A stretch of DNA of 64,000 bases from Schizochytrium sp. TIO01 (Eukaryota; Protista; Bigyra: Labyrinthulomycetes). The number at the start of each line of letters is the position of its first letter. The first letter of the stretch is position 1. Below the pieces are notes generated by a model. It was given only the letters and a program-made list of their open reading frames with translations. It was not told where the DNA came from and did not search any database. Position numbers and translations under genes: made by a program. The stretch covers positions 3,596,001 to 3,660,000 of the forward strand of contig SMSO01000034.1 in assembly GCA_004764695.1 (NCBI GenBank). The letters run 5' to 3'. Of this stretch, positions 35,201 to 45,684 are shown piece by piece.

Positions 35201-36282
35201 AAAACACTGTGGCTTCATAGTAACACATAATCAGGTGTTAATTCTACTCTTAAGTGGTTAATACTAAATATTTTGACGCTGCCCAACATCTATTCATTTA
35301 ATACCTCATTTTTAGAAACATAGTTTACATCTAGAAGAGCCCCATTTATGACTGGTCTAATTAATTTCGTTCAGACAGCTTACAAGGGAGAATGAGCGTG
35401 CCCGTACACCGGAAGAGACACCCAGATTTACAAAATGAATTTCTTCAAACTTTTACAAAGTTTATATCCTTTAAAAGAGGAATTTATTATAATAATTACA
35501 ATATAGCAAATAGAACAGAACGGAAACCAACAAGGTAAGGTCAGCAACAGCAGAACCCAGTTACGCACTTACTTGCTCGCTCGCTGATTGTTAAAAAAGC
35601 AGCAGCAACTAAGGTTTGTTGCGTGTATTCCATAAGTTTTATAAGTACATAGATACTTACGTACCTGGGCAGATTACTATTCACAGTATTTGTTCGTTCA
35701 CAAGCCCTCAAAGCCGACCACGCCCTTGGTGAATCAGATCAGCCAGGGAAAATAAGAATAGCAACTTTCGGCACAGAACAAAGAGTTCCTCAACAAAATT
35801 CTTCCCTTACCCGGTTGGAGAGCAAAGAATTAATACCTACTACCTGAACAAGCCCAGTTTCACTAAGCCTTAACCCAGTCGCTCATTTGCTTGAAGTGCG
35901 AGCAAAAACCGAAACACGCCTTTTTCTGCCTTGAGTAGCTCGCATTTGCTTTCCAGAGTTCACGCACAGGTCCCCAAGGGTTCCGTCAAACAAGCCTCAG
36001 CTAACAAGCATTGCATATCAAGTAGGTCAGCAAGCAGACCTCTGCTGCAAGACCCGATTGCCGCCGTGGAAACCTGAAGCGTACGTCGTGAGTCGCCTCC
36101 ATCTCCAACGCGGCAACCTCTTCGTTGCTTGCACTGTCGTCTTCTGCAATTCTTAGTTCTCCTCTTCCCTTCTGTGAAGCTGCTTTCGCGGTGTTTTCTT
36201 TCTCTCTGTTTCTCTCGATTCTTCTCATCTTCTCATTTCCTGCATTTCCTCGCTTGTTCCTGTTAAAGCTCTTTTCGCTTTG

Positions 36283-36417
36283 CGAAAGGAAAAGGAAAAG
36301 GAAAAGGAAAAGTGAAAGGAAAAGTGAAAGGAAAGAAAGGAAGGAAGCGCAAATTCTTTTCACTTTTACTATTTTTCTAAGCAAATAAGAGGAAGCAAGC
36401 GCAAGCAAGCAAGCAAG
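36283..36417 (+). repeat. (GAAAAG)n and (GCAA)n simple repeats upstream of the kinase
   Basis: Directly visible purine-rich repeats 160-290 bp upstream of ATG 36577. Confidence 0.8.
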
Positions 36418-36576
36418 TTGTGAAACTATATAAAAGTGATTTATTTCTAAAAAGCGATTGCTTGATTGAGCGCTTGTTGAGCGAGCAGCAAATCATAATT
36501 CTCTTCGCGCGCCGTGCGATAGAGTCGCGCGGTCGCATACTGTGTGGATCCTGCTACGGCTCGTGTACCGTCAGAG

Positions 36577-38364
36577 ATGGCTGTGCTTGCGGGTCGCTTT
36601 GTGGTGGAGGACACTGTTCGCGAGACGGCGTCCTCCCAGGTGCTCGCTTGTAGGGATTTAGTAAATGGCTTCGGCAACGAGCTCGTGGCGGTCAAGATGG
36701 TGAGGCCCGAGCTAGGTGTCTTGGGTACCCAGGAATTTCAAATGCTACAGGGATTATGCGCAGATGACACACAAGGGTGCATTGTTCATGCAAAAGGCGT
36801 ATTCACAGAAAACAACCGCACCTGTATTGTCATGGAGCTGCTCGGAGACTCTCTTCATGATAGGGCACGGCAGGCTCATCGCGTAGACCTCGGCACATTT
36901 GTTCAGATCGCCAGAGATATTTTGACGGCGGTAAAGTATGTACATGATAAAGGCGTTATTCATGCTGATATCAAACCAGGAAACTTTGCGTTTGTACCCA
37001 ATACCCAAGGACGCATCAAGCTCATAGACTTTGGCAATGCCATGTCCTTTGAGCACACTTACCTGTACTACGACGACTTCAATGTTCAAACAACCCGTTA
37101 CCGCGCACCAGAGTGTGTATTCGGGATTCCTTTTGGATCTAAGATTGACATCTGGTCCTCAGCGGTTACTCTGCTTGAGCTTGCCCTCGGCAAATCTCTT
37201 TTCACAGCTAGTAACAACCGCGATCTCATCTCAGAGTGGCGTGTGTTTTTCGGTCGTGTCGATCCAGCCCCTTTTGTCACAGGAAAATTCTACAGCAGTA
37301 ACAGCAATAGCCAAAAGCGGCGGGTGCCATGTTCTCCCACAGATCCCAGCAAGTCTTTGCAACAGGATTCCCGAGGACGCGCTACACGCCTTCGGCCTCA
37401 CGGAAGTGCCGAGTATCATCACCCTGGTGGCATCAAAACAACCGTTCGCATGCAGCAAACTGCACGGCGTCGCGCAAGTGTCACCGGTACTGAGCAAGTT
37501 CGTGGCATTATACATGCGGTTGGACGCAGGCCTGCACCCTTCAACGCACAGCGGGCTTCGCTCCAGCATTCGCCATCATTTAACGAGGCTCATGAGATTG
37601 ACTGTGATGCAGACCATGACATGCCCACCTCCACTCCAAGCCTTGCAAGCCTTGGAAGTCTCGGTAGCCCGAGGTTTGCATTTGGTGCTGGTTCTTCTAA
37701 CGCCCAGTGTGAACTGCCAGATGCAGCTTTAAATAGCAATCCTGATGTTGATATGGAGGGTTCCAGCGCTACAGTCCATCCTAATATCACAGGGTTGTCT
37801 ACTTTTAACGCCGCAGCAAGTACACTTGAGCTTGATGAGGCTGCCTCGATGCACAAACCTGATGTGAGCAACCTGTCTTACCGTGGAGCTCGTCTTACGA
37901 CACAAGGTGCGATGTCACAGATGAAGGTTGAGACGCAACCCTTTCTGGCCACCCCACCCCCTTTGACAGCTGCCCCTCCTTCCCAATATTACGACACCGA
38001 CTCGCCTCTGTCGCAGCCTGCTTGCATTGGACGCTTGCAGGATTTAACGGAATTCGAGTCGTCTCCAGGTGCCACTTCACACCTGCCAACCTCTAATCCG
38101 AACTTCACATTTACAGCGGGATACCAAGATATCTCCAAAGGCCTGAACGGAAAGCCGCGTGTTGCTGCGTTTGAACCATTTGAGCTTGCTCGTACACGTT
38201 CTGAAATTACACAGTTGCTTCGTGCGAATGGTTCAGAAATAGCTTTTTCCGAGGAATGTGTTGATCTGCTTGCTCGCATGCTTATTTTTGATCCTGAACG
38301 TAGACTCAGTGCTGACGAAGCATTGATCCACCCTGCGTTAAACAGGTTCGAAATGGAGCAATGA
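36577..38364 (+). CDS. CMGC-group (DYRK/HIPK/PRP4-like) Ser/Thr protein kinase with a large insert
   Basis: VAVK, IHADIKPGN, IKLIDFG, VQTTRYRAPE, IDIWS and subdomain XI DLLARMLIFDPERRLSADEALIHP. First ATG at 36577. Confidence 0.9.
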   Translation: MAVLAGRFVVEDTVRETASSQVLACRDLVNGFGNELVAVKMVRPELGVLGTQEFQMLQGLCADDTQGCIVHAKGVFTENNRTCIVMELLGDSLHDRARQAHRVDLGTFVQIARDILTAVKYVHDKGVIHADIKPGNFAFVPNTQGRIKLIDFGNAMSFEHTYLYYDDFNVQTTRYRAPECVFGIPFGSKIDIWSSAVTLLELALGKSLFTASNNRDLISEWRVFFGRVDPAPFVTGKFYSSNSNSQKRRVPCSPTDPSKSLQQDSRGRATRLRPHGSAEYHHPGGIKTTVRMQQTARRRASVTGTEQVRGIIHAVGRRPAPFNAQRASLQHSPSFNEAHEIDCDADHDMPTSTPSLASLGSLGSPRFAFGAGSSNAQCELPDAALNSNPDVDMEGSSATVHPNITGLSTFNAAASTLELDEAASMHKPDVSNLSYRGARLTTQGAMSQMKVETQPFLATPPPLTAAPPSQYYDTDSPLSQPACIGRLQDLTEFESSPGATSHLPTSNPNFTFTAGYQDISKGLNGKPRVAAFEPFELARTRSEITQLLRANGSEIAFSEECVDLLARMLIFDPERRLSADEALIHPALNRFEMEQ

Positions 38365-39466
38365 GTAAATGCCATGTTTTTAATGGCAACCATCTACTGG
38401 ATCATAAAATATGATTCCTGAGATGCCATCCAAGTGAACAATCGTTTCGATGGGATCTCGAAGTATAAATTTTCTTTGACCAAAGTAAATGTTCTGATGC
38501 ATCTCGTTGACAAACAACATGATGAATAGTATCTCTCGCACTCACCCTCTGATATAAGCTGCAAGTAACCATATGCTGAGCCAGAGTGTCTTGGTGATGA
38601 TTAACAAAGTGAGCATCAGATCCATTTATTTTCGGCTCTTCTTATTATATTGCCGGGGCTAACTTTACCCCTTCCTAATTTCTCATTCTACTAGAGATTA
38701 CGTGAAATTGATTAGGAACTTCTAGGCGAATATATCGCGTAAACGGATGAAGAACGGTCAGGAAAGCTCTTCTATCTTCGTTTGCACATTGTTATACCCA
38801 TTCTTCGGCGCGCATTACCAACCCGTTTCCGCCAAATCTTTGTTTTGTTCCTTCCTCGAATTGTTCTTTTGTTCATATCCGTATTAATTGTCAAGCCAGC
38901 GATGAGCGAGTCGCCATCTTTGGCCGCACGAATTGAGTTAAACAAACACACACAAAACGCCGCATAGGTCCCATACACTATCATCATTGATTTTTCCAAC
39001 ATCACAAATCATAATAGGAATTGGGAGATGCATGGCGAATTTATTTTCATTTCTCGAGACAGTGCCTTTACACTAATTAGTTACATTGATTACAAAATGT
39101 TATTTGTTGTTTTTATCCCTTATTCGCATCCACTATATGCTAATTTTTTTCTTTGAGCTTTGAAATAAAAAATGATCCAGCACCATGATTGTGAGCATTT
39201 ATAAGTGAACTCTAGAGACGAACAACGACTGATTTCTCATATTTAAAGTTCATAGCGATGCAAGTATCTATGTTTTTGTTATATTCTATTATACTGTAGG
39301 TTTTAAAGGTCTAAAATTTATCAGTAGTGATTATCAGAACAAAAAGGATTTTGAATAGGGCAAGCTTGAATCAAGGAATTGAAAACGCAATTGCACAAAT
39401 GCTCAAACAAAATAAAAGTTTCGAACTATAGCTACGGATTTTATGATACCGGGTGATGTTGTACGA

Positions 39467-41479
39467 TTAGGCCTTCTTCAAGGCGTCGATCATATCAGTG
39501 TATGCCTTGTCAAGGTGAGTGGCAAAGTCCTGGGAACCGAGACCATAGGTGGCAACAGCCGTACGCACTCCTTCGCCGGAAATGCCGTAAGCCAAAGCAT
39601 AACAGTCATCGTTAACAGGGCCAAAGCCGCCTGCGTAAAGTGCGTCACTCGACAAGGTACTTGTCGAGAGAATGATACGGTTAAGGACCTGATAAGCTTT
39701 GTCATTATAGATCGCAGGAAGCTTGCCGCCATCACGCTTCTCGGCAAGTACACGAAGTGCAAACAAGTGGCGATCCATTCCCTTGCCCATCAGAGCATCT
39801 TTGGTAATTTCACCATGACGCTTGATAGCCTTACGCAAGAGCTCAGCGCGTTTCTCTCCGGAAATAGAGCCGTCACAAAAGGCCTTCGCAAAAGCAGCAG
39901 CCTCAGGTGTAGCAGAACGAATGGTTTCAGTACGGCCATGCTTGAAGGCGGCAGTACTAGCAGATTCGTATGTGGCAGGGGTGTAACCACGAAGACGTTC
40001 ATGCGCGAGCTGGAAGCCCATCTGCATAAAGCCATCAGCACCTATATTGAGGTCTTTCAGAGTCTTCTTGTTGAAGGCTTCAGATTCAAAAGTTCCAACC
40101 TCAAGTTTGGCAACAGCACTATCAAAGGCTGCACCAGCCTTCTCAACTTGTTTTGCGAGTTCACCATCGATATCAAACTTGAGGCGGAGGGGAACACCAA
40201 CACCTGCAGAAGCTGCTCCTGCACCGGCATCGGCGCTGGAACCACCAGTAATGACAGAGGGGATTCCGCTTGTGACCTTGGCACGCGGTGCCACAGCGGA
40301 GGCATCCTTGTAAACCTCATTGAAGTAGCGGAGTACGGCCACACCATCACCCCATGCGTGCTCAAAGTTCACGCAAGCCTTGCCATTAGCAGCGATGATG
40401 AGCTGGAAGCTCTTGTCAAACCAGCGGTTACGTCCGTTGCCATGAAGCATGACTCCAGCAATGTCTTGGTAAGATTCTGGCTTGGCATCATCAAGGCAGA
40501 TTGCAAAGATCGCAGAGTCAATGGCTTGAAGAGATGCCTTGTTGGTCGGATTCTTCTCCATAAAATCACGAGCGTCAGCCCATGAATCACGATCCATCGC
40601 GGTGAGAGCACCAATGGGAGCGTCAGAATCCTTGTTGGCTTCGTCAGCAAGAATAGAGCGGATACTACGCTCAAGAGTCTCGTGGTCGACGATGGACATA
40701 TCATCATTGAGGACCTGGACCGTGTAAAAGGCATTACCGCGCTGAATGACGACGTGCTTGGATTCCTGAGGTTTAAATTTACGAATCTCGTCGCGAGTAC
40801 GGTGCGGAATACGGGTAGATGAGAACAGGTTCTTGTACTGGCTCATATCAAGTGGGTATGCGTTAAAAAGATAGGAGCCATAGAAAGAGACCTGGCGCGG
40901 GAGCATACTACAGATAAAGTCATAAGTCTTCGTCATGCTCTTCTTCGGGTCAATGTGGAAGATATCTGGAATCAGCTTGCCGTCCTCAAGCGTTCTGTAG
41001 AAACGTAGGGAGCTCGCAAGCATGTTTGCTGTGCGAGTGGCCTGATCCATCTTGCTGGCATCCTTCTCGTCATTAAAAGTGAGTTGCGGGTTGAAGTTAA
41101 GCGGCAGCGGATCGCGGGATTTCAAGTACATATCAAACCACATTTCATTGTAAAAGCTTGAGTACTTCTTTTTATCAAGCGCGATCAATTCCTCCTGAAG
41201 CGAAGGACCTGCACCGCTCTTGAAATCAGCCACTGCCTTGAGAGTTTGGGCGTACTCATCTTCAGTGACCATAGGTTTGCTAAAGTACTCGTATTTCTGC
41301 AACGTATCTTCGAGCTTGGGTACCGCGAGCTTGGGCAAAGAATCCTGGAAGTGATACGTAGGAATCGTAGTCTCATGAAGGTACGGCGGAATCGTGCCCA
41401 TCGCCCTCACCGCGCTTCCTTTATTAGCAGCCAAAGATCCGGCGCGAGCCGTTGCCTTGCGTGAAGCCATCCGCATCAT
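39467..41479 (-). CDS. CPT2: Carnitine O-palmitoyltransferase 2-like choline/carnitine acyltransferase, mitochondrial
   Basis: PTYHFQDSLPKLAVPKLEDT, LPLNFNP, YPLDMSQY, NRWFDKS, catalytic FEHAWGDG, TYESASTAAFKHGRTETIR, DRHLFAL, LSTSTL. Arg/Ala/Ser-rich presequence from ATG 41479. Confidence 0.93.
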   Translation of the reverse strand: MMRMASRKATARAGSLAANKGSAVRAMGTIPPYLHETTIPTYHFQDSLPKLAVPKLEDTLQKYEYFSKPMVTEDEYAQTLKAVADFKSGAGPSLQEELIALDKKKYSSFYNEMWFDMYLKSRDPLPLNFNPQLTFNDEKDASKMDQATRTANMLASSLRFYRTLEDGKLIPDIFHIDPKKSMTKTYDFICSMLPRQVSFYGSYLFNAYPLDMSQYKNLFSSTRIPHRTRDEIRKFKPQESKHVVIQRGNAFYTVQVLNDDMSIVDHETLERSIRSILADEANKDSDAPIGALTAMDRDSWADARDFMEKNPTNKASLQAIDSAIFAICLDDAKPESYQDIAGVMLHGNGRNRWFDKSFQLIIAANGKACVNFEHAWGDGVAVLRYFNEVYKDASAVAPRAKVTSGIPSVITGGSSADAGAGAASAGVGVPLRLKFDIDGELAKQVEKAGAAFDSAVAKLEVGTFESEAFNKKTLKDLNIGADGFMQMGFQLAHERLRGYTPATYESASTAAFKHGRTETIRSATPEAAAFAKAFCDGSISGEKRAELLRKAIKRHGEITKDALMGKGMDRHLFALRVLAEKRDGGKLPAIYNDKAYQVLNRIILSTSTLSSDALYAGGFGPVNDDCYALAYGISGEGVRTAVATYGLGSQDFATHLDKAYTDMIDALKKA

Positions 41480-43473
41480 GGTGCTGAGTGATTGATTGAT
41501 CGAACGGGCGTCGACGTCGTTCTCCAACACCAACTCACGTAGAGGAGGCCTTTTACTTGTCTATAAGTAAGTGACCCAAAGTCAAGTCTCACGGCAGCAG
41601 GCGAGAGTGTAGTTTAGAAACTTTTCGCCCGAGCGATTCGAGTCTGCCTTGGGCAGGCAAAGCGCGCCGCTCTTTTCTATTCAGGATCTAGGACCCAATC
41701 AACGTCCAATTACTGACTACCCACCTCTAAGTAACAAACAACTAATCTATCAATTCCCTAACGAGATTTCGTCAGACACGCCGTGACGCGTAACAGAAAG
41801 AAAGAAGCCTTGTCTTCAGCTCCTCGCAACGAACAAGGCCCCCGGTCACGAGACGCCGAGTCCACGGCGACGTCGCACCACGATACTTACTGTCCAGATT
41901 CCAGCGACACTGCAGCAGCAGGAGGTCTCTGCGATGGCCCTCGCCTCCGGTGGGAATCCACGAGTAGATCGATCGATATATATAGATCGATTGATTCTTA
42001 AGCTCCCTTGCTCGAGCTCAAGAATCAGGAAATAGATCTAAACTGCTAAATTAATGTAATGCAAAAGATACCGCTCGAAATAGTAAATATCCGACCTCGA
42101 GACTGCACAAGTCGCGTCTCCCAGATCGCCCAAAGCCTCAGGTTTTCTCTATTTCGGGTTTGCAGGTCTGTGAATTGCCAAGCGATCTGAGGACCTCGAA
42201 TGCACCTGTCGGTAGGTATGTATGAATGTATGTATGTATGTATATACGGTATGTCTGCAATCGATCGACAGACAACTTTAGCTTTTGCAATGGACCCAAA
42301 TCCTTTTTCCCTCATGGCTTGGAGGCCAGGTTCCTAGGCCCAGTCCTACCGCCGCCTACGCGGAACTCGAGAGAGGAAAGGACTGTTACTGTTTCCATCA
42401 AAGACAAACAAAAGTTTAATTGAAATGGGCGTGTAAACGTGAAAAACCATTTCATTCCGGTAACTTGGACTACCAGCTGCCTAGTTAGGTACCTCCCCAC
42501 CCACTTACCTGAGTAAGTTGCCGACGAAGACGATGTGAAAATGGGCAAATAAATGTGCATGATGAATATGTACGCAGTACGAAGTTCGAGAGTTTGTTGA
42601 AAAGATTTAGTTTTAATTTTAAGTGAGAAACAGGATTTTACTTTGTTCAAAGTCATAATCTAAATAACACTGAGGTCGATAAATAAGAAAGCAACCTCGA
42701 GAAGATCGCGGAGTTCCATCCATCCAGCCCGTGGAGATGGCCTCGGAAAGCTTAACCCGCGGCCTGAAGGGAGGCCTCCGGAGCCTCTTTGTGCGTTCCT
42801 GCGCCTCCCCGGCTCCTGCCAGTGCGCCTACCTCTGAGGACGCTCTCGAAGCGAGTGGAAGTATTCCAGCTCTCTCTTTGTTTGGCTATCTTTTGTGGAT
42901 TCTGTACTTTTTTCAAGATGATCAAGAGCCTGCAGAAACGAGGTAAAATCAATCCGCAGAGCTCGCGGGTTCTGAGGCGCCTAAGGTGCGCAGCGGACGG
43001 CCTCCTGCGCCCAGAGAGTCTGGAGAGTGTGCGTGCGTTGATTGCCGCTACCTCCACGACTCCATGGTTCCCGTGCGAGCTCGGGGGCCTGCACTGGCGG
43101 CGAAGTTCCTACCAATTTCAATGTTGTAATGCACATCGCAATCTGCGCCAATTCGCGCGAAATCGCTTACGGGGTTTAGTGGCCTATTGCACGTCTTTAA
43201 GTCTCTTTGTAATATGTACCGAATAGTTGGATTGAACAAAAAGAAGGAGAGGGAATAATGCACTTCTTCGGTGTATAGAATAGGTTATTTGGTCGAAGGC
43301 ATCAAGAAATAATTCAAGAAATAAGTCGCTCCTGAGAGCCGCCAGCTCGAACACGAAAGCAGCGCCTGCTGTAAAGTGATTAGGCCTTGTGCAGAGGCCG
43401 TGCGAGATCAAAGGACGGAAACCACTCTTAGGTTGTTTCTGGGGCATCTAGTCCAGCAAATCTGGCTTGTAGT

Positions 43474-45684
43474 ATGCGTGTAGAGGGCGTGGCGAGACCC
43501 TCAGTTGCCGATGCTTACATCTGGGTGGACCATAGCGACGAGGAGAGCCGCCGCGATGAGAGTGGTGGAAATGCGAGCTATGCTAAGATCAAAGCTGCTA
43601 ATGGAAAGCATTGGGTTGCAGTCAAGTTAAGGAGTCGAAAAGACCTCACAAGTGCATCAAGAGTTCAATTGCAGCTGTGGTCAGCTGCTAAACGCGAGAA
43701 GGCTCCAACAAACAAGACATTGCCAGCTGATGCCAACGCAATCATTGCCAGCGAATGGGTAGCTAATGTGCTGGCTTGTAATGAGACCGAACAAGACGTA
43801 GTAATTGAATATGAAGGCTTGCCACTAGACCAAACACCCACGGCCACAGAGGTAACGATTAAAGCTTCGAGCCTCCGATCGCACGATGTTGATATGCGTT
43901 ACGGATCTGTGGTAATGAAAGACTGTATCGCTGGCTTGGATATGTTTGGTAAATCTCGCGGTATCGTAACAAGGATTCGTTCTCGTCATAGCGATGACGA
44001 AGACATTGCTCTGATCGGACCATTCACAGAGTTTGTATTGAAGTCTTCTGAAGATGAAGATGATATCGCCACCAAGGAAGGCCCCAAAGGTTTTACAGAC
44101 TCAAGCACTTGGCTGGATGCGATGGTGCGGGAGCTTGGGCCGCATGTACGAGCTGCTGCTCAGGAATCCATCACCCGCTTTAGTCGTGCTTTTCAAAACC
44201 TACGGCAATCGCATTTACAACCATGCTACGGGCGTAGTATCCTTATTTCGGGACCCTCTGGTGTTGGTAAATCGATTTTTGCCTCAACACTTGCAAGAAC
44301 AGGTGGTGCCAATTATCGTGTGGTACACCCAACACAATTCTTTCGTTCTGCGAAAGGTGAAGGTGAGGCAGCCCTCATGTTTGATTTGCTATTCAACAAA
44401 AACCAGGGAAAACCTCATATTATTGCAATCGAGCAGATGGACCTTTTTGATCTTGGCAGTGACCTTGGTCGCGTTCTCGTTGCAGCTATTGATCGCCTCT
44501 TTGCCCAGCGCTCACCACCAGTGTTTATTGTTGGTATCACTGACGCATTAGATCGCATTGGTGCTGATTTACGGAGTGCACAACGCTTTGGTAAATCCAT
44601 TCAGTTGGCAGGGCCGATTGGTCTAATTGAACGCAAAGCCTTGGCAGAAAAGCTTTTTATCCGTGCTTTTGGCCGTGAGCTTCCTCCCGAGCATGTTCTT
44701 GCAACACTTGTGGAAGCTCTTGCGCGGCGTGCAAATGGCCGCCTTCCTGCTGAGATGGATGCTGCAGCTCGTGCGATCGTCATTGAATGCGTTCGCAATG
44801 GAAACAGAGAAATCGATGTTGATACTGCCGAGCTTCAGGTTGCCCAGGCTCTGAATAAAGTAGGTGCAGCAAGCCTTAAGGATAGCAATGTACTTACGAC
44901 AGGTTTGCATGTTGGCAATAAAAGTTTACACTGGGACTCGGTCATCGGCGGCCTTTATGAAGCCAAACGAGGTCTTGACACTGCTGTGATGCTGCCTTTG
45001 CGTGATCAAGAGGCAATGGCACGCCTCGGACTTCGTTCAGGACCCCGCGGAGTACTTTTATACGGCCCATCAGGCAATGGCAAAACTTTGCTTGCACGCA
45101 GTCTTGCCAACATGCTTGACCAAGAAGGCTTAGCCAATTTTGTAGCAGTCTCTTGCCCAGAGTTGGTCTCCAAGGTTGTTGGTGCTTCTGAAGCTGCTAT
45201 CGGGGCGCTTTTCCGCCGAGCTGCTGCAGCTGCACCTTGCATCGTATTTCTTGATCAAATTGATGCTCTGGCTCCACGTCGTGGCCAAGATAGTACCTCG
45301 GAACAATCAATGGACCGTCTCTTAAGTATGTTGTTAACTGAAATGGATGGCATCCATGCCAAATCTCACACAGCTCATGAGCGTCCTGTTATTGTATTGG
45401 CGGCAACTGATCGCCGGGCCTCTCTTGATCCTGCAATTTTACGCCCTGGTCGTTTTGATGAACATATCTTCGTCGGTCCGCCTGAGTCCCAAGAAGAGCA
45501 GATCGCCGTTGCGCAGATTGCGCTGCAAAATACCCCTTTTACATCTGCAAAAGCTAAGGATGATTTCATTGCGTCATTAATTCAAAGTGAAGACTTTCCC
45601 TCAGCAGCTCATCTCTGTGCAAAGGCTCATGCTGCTGTGATCGCAGCTCTTCGACGCAACCCCAAGCTTGCATGTATGGAGTGA
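43474..45684 (+). CDS. Two-domain CDC48/AFG2-like AAA+ ATPase with altered catalytic motifs, 736 aa
   Basis: Walker A GPSGVGKS and GPSGNGKT, Walker B IIAIEQMD and IVFLDQID, LLTEMDG, second region of homology DPAILRPGRFD. Confidence 0.9.
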   Translation: MRVEGVARPSVADAYIWVDHSDEESRRDESGGNASYAKIKAANGKHWVAVKLRSRKDLTSASRVQLQLWSAAKREKAPTNKTLPADANAIIASEWVANVLACNETEQDVVIEYEGLPLDQTPTATEVTIKASSLRSHDVDMRYGSVVMKDCIAGLDMFGKSRGIVTRIRSRHSDDEDIALIGPFTEFVLKSSEDEDDIATKEGPKGFTDSSTWLDAMVRELGPHVRAAAQESITRFSRAFQNLRQSHLQPCYGRSILISGPSGVGKSIFASTLARTGGANYRVVHPTQFFRSAKGEGEAALMFDLLFNKNQGKPHIIAIEQMDLFDLGSDLGRVLVAAIDRLFAQRSPPVFIVGITDALDRIGADLRSAQRFGKSIQLAGPIGLIERKALAEKLFIRAFGRELPPEHVLATLVEALARRANGRLPAEMDAAARAIVIECVRNGNREIDVDTAELQVAQALNKVGAASLKDSNVLTTGLHVGNKSLHWDSVIGGLYEAKRGLDTAVMLPLRDQEAMARLGLRSGPRGVLLYGPSGNGKTLLARSLANMLDQEGLANFVAVSCPELVSKVVGASEAAIGALFRRAAAAAPCIVFLDQIDALAPRRGQDSTSEQSMDRLLSMLLTEMDGIHAKSHTAHERPVIVLAATDRRASLDPAILRPGRFDEHIFVGPPESQEEQIAVAQIALQNTPFTSAKAKDDFIASLIQSEDFPSAAHLCAKAHAAVIAALRRNPKLACME

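Noticed and set aside
39443-40585. 380-aa antisense ORF over CPT2
   Set aside because: Codon-register shadow of the CPT2 frame; no recognisable domain.
15432-41479. PEX11 and CPT2 as a fatty-acid oxidation gene cluster
   Set aside because: They are 23 kb apart with unrelated genes between them and act in different organelles.
41963-41998. Near-palindrome AGATCGATCGATATATATAGATCGATTGATTCT upstream of CPT2
   Set aside because: Made of self-complementary simple repeats (GATC, AT), with no independent evidence of function.
42731-43226. GC-rich short ORFs between CPT2 and the AAA ATPase
   Set aside because: Overlapping short frames with no recognisable domain; cannot distinguish promoter from relic.
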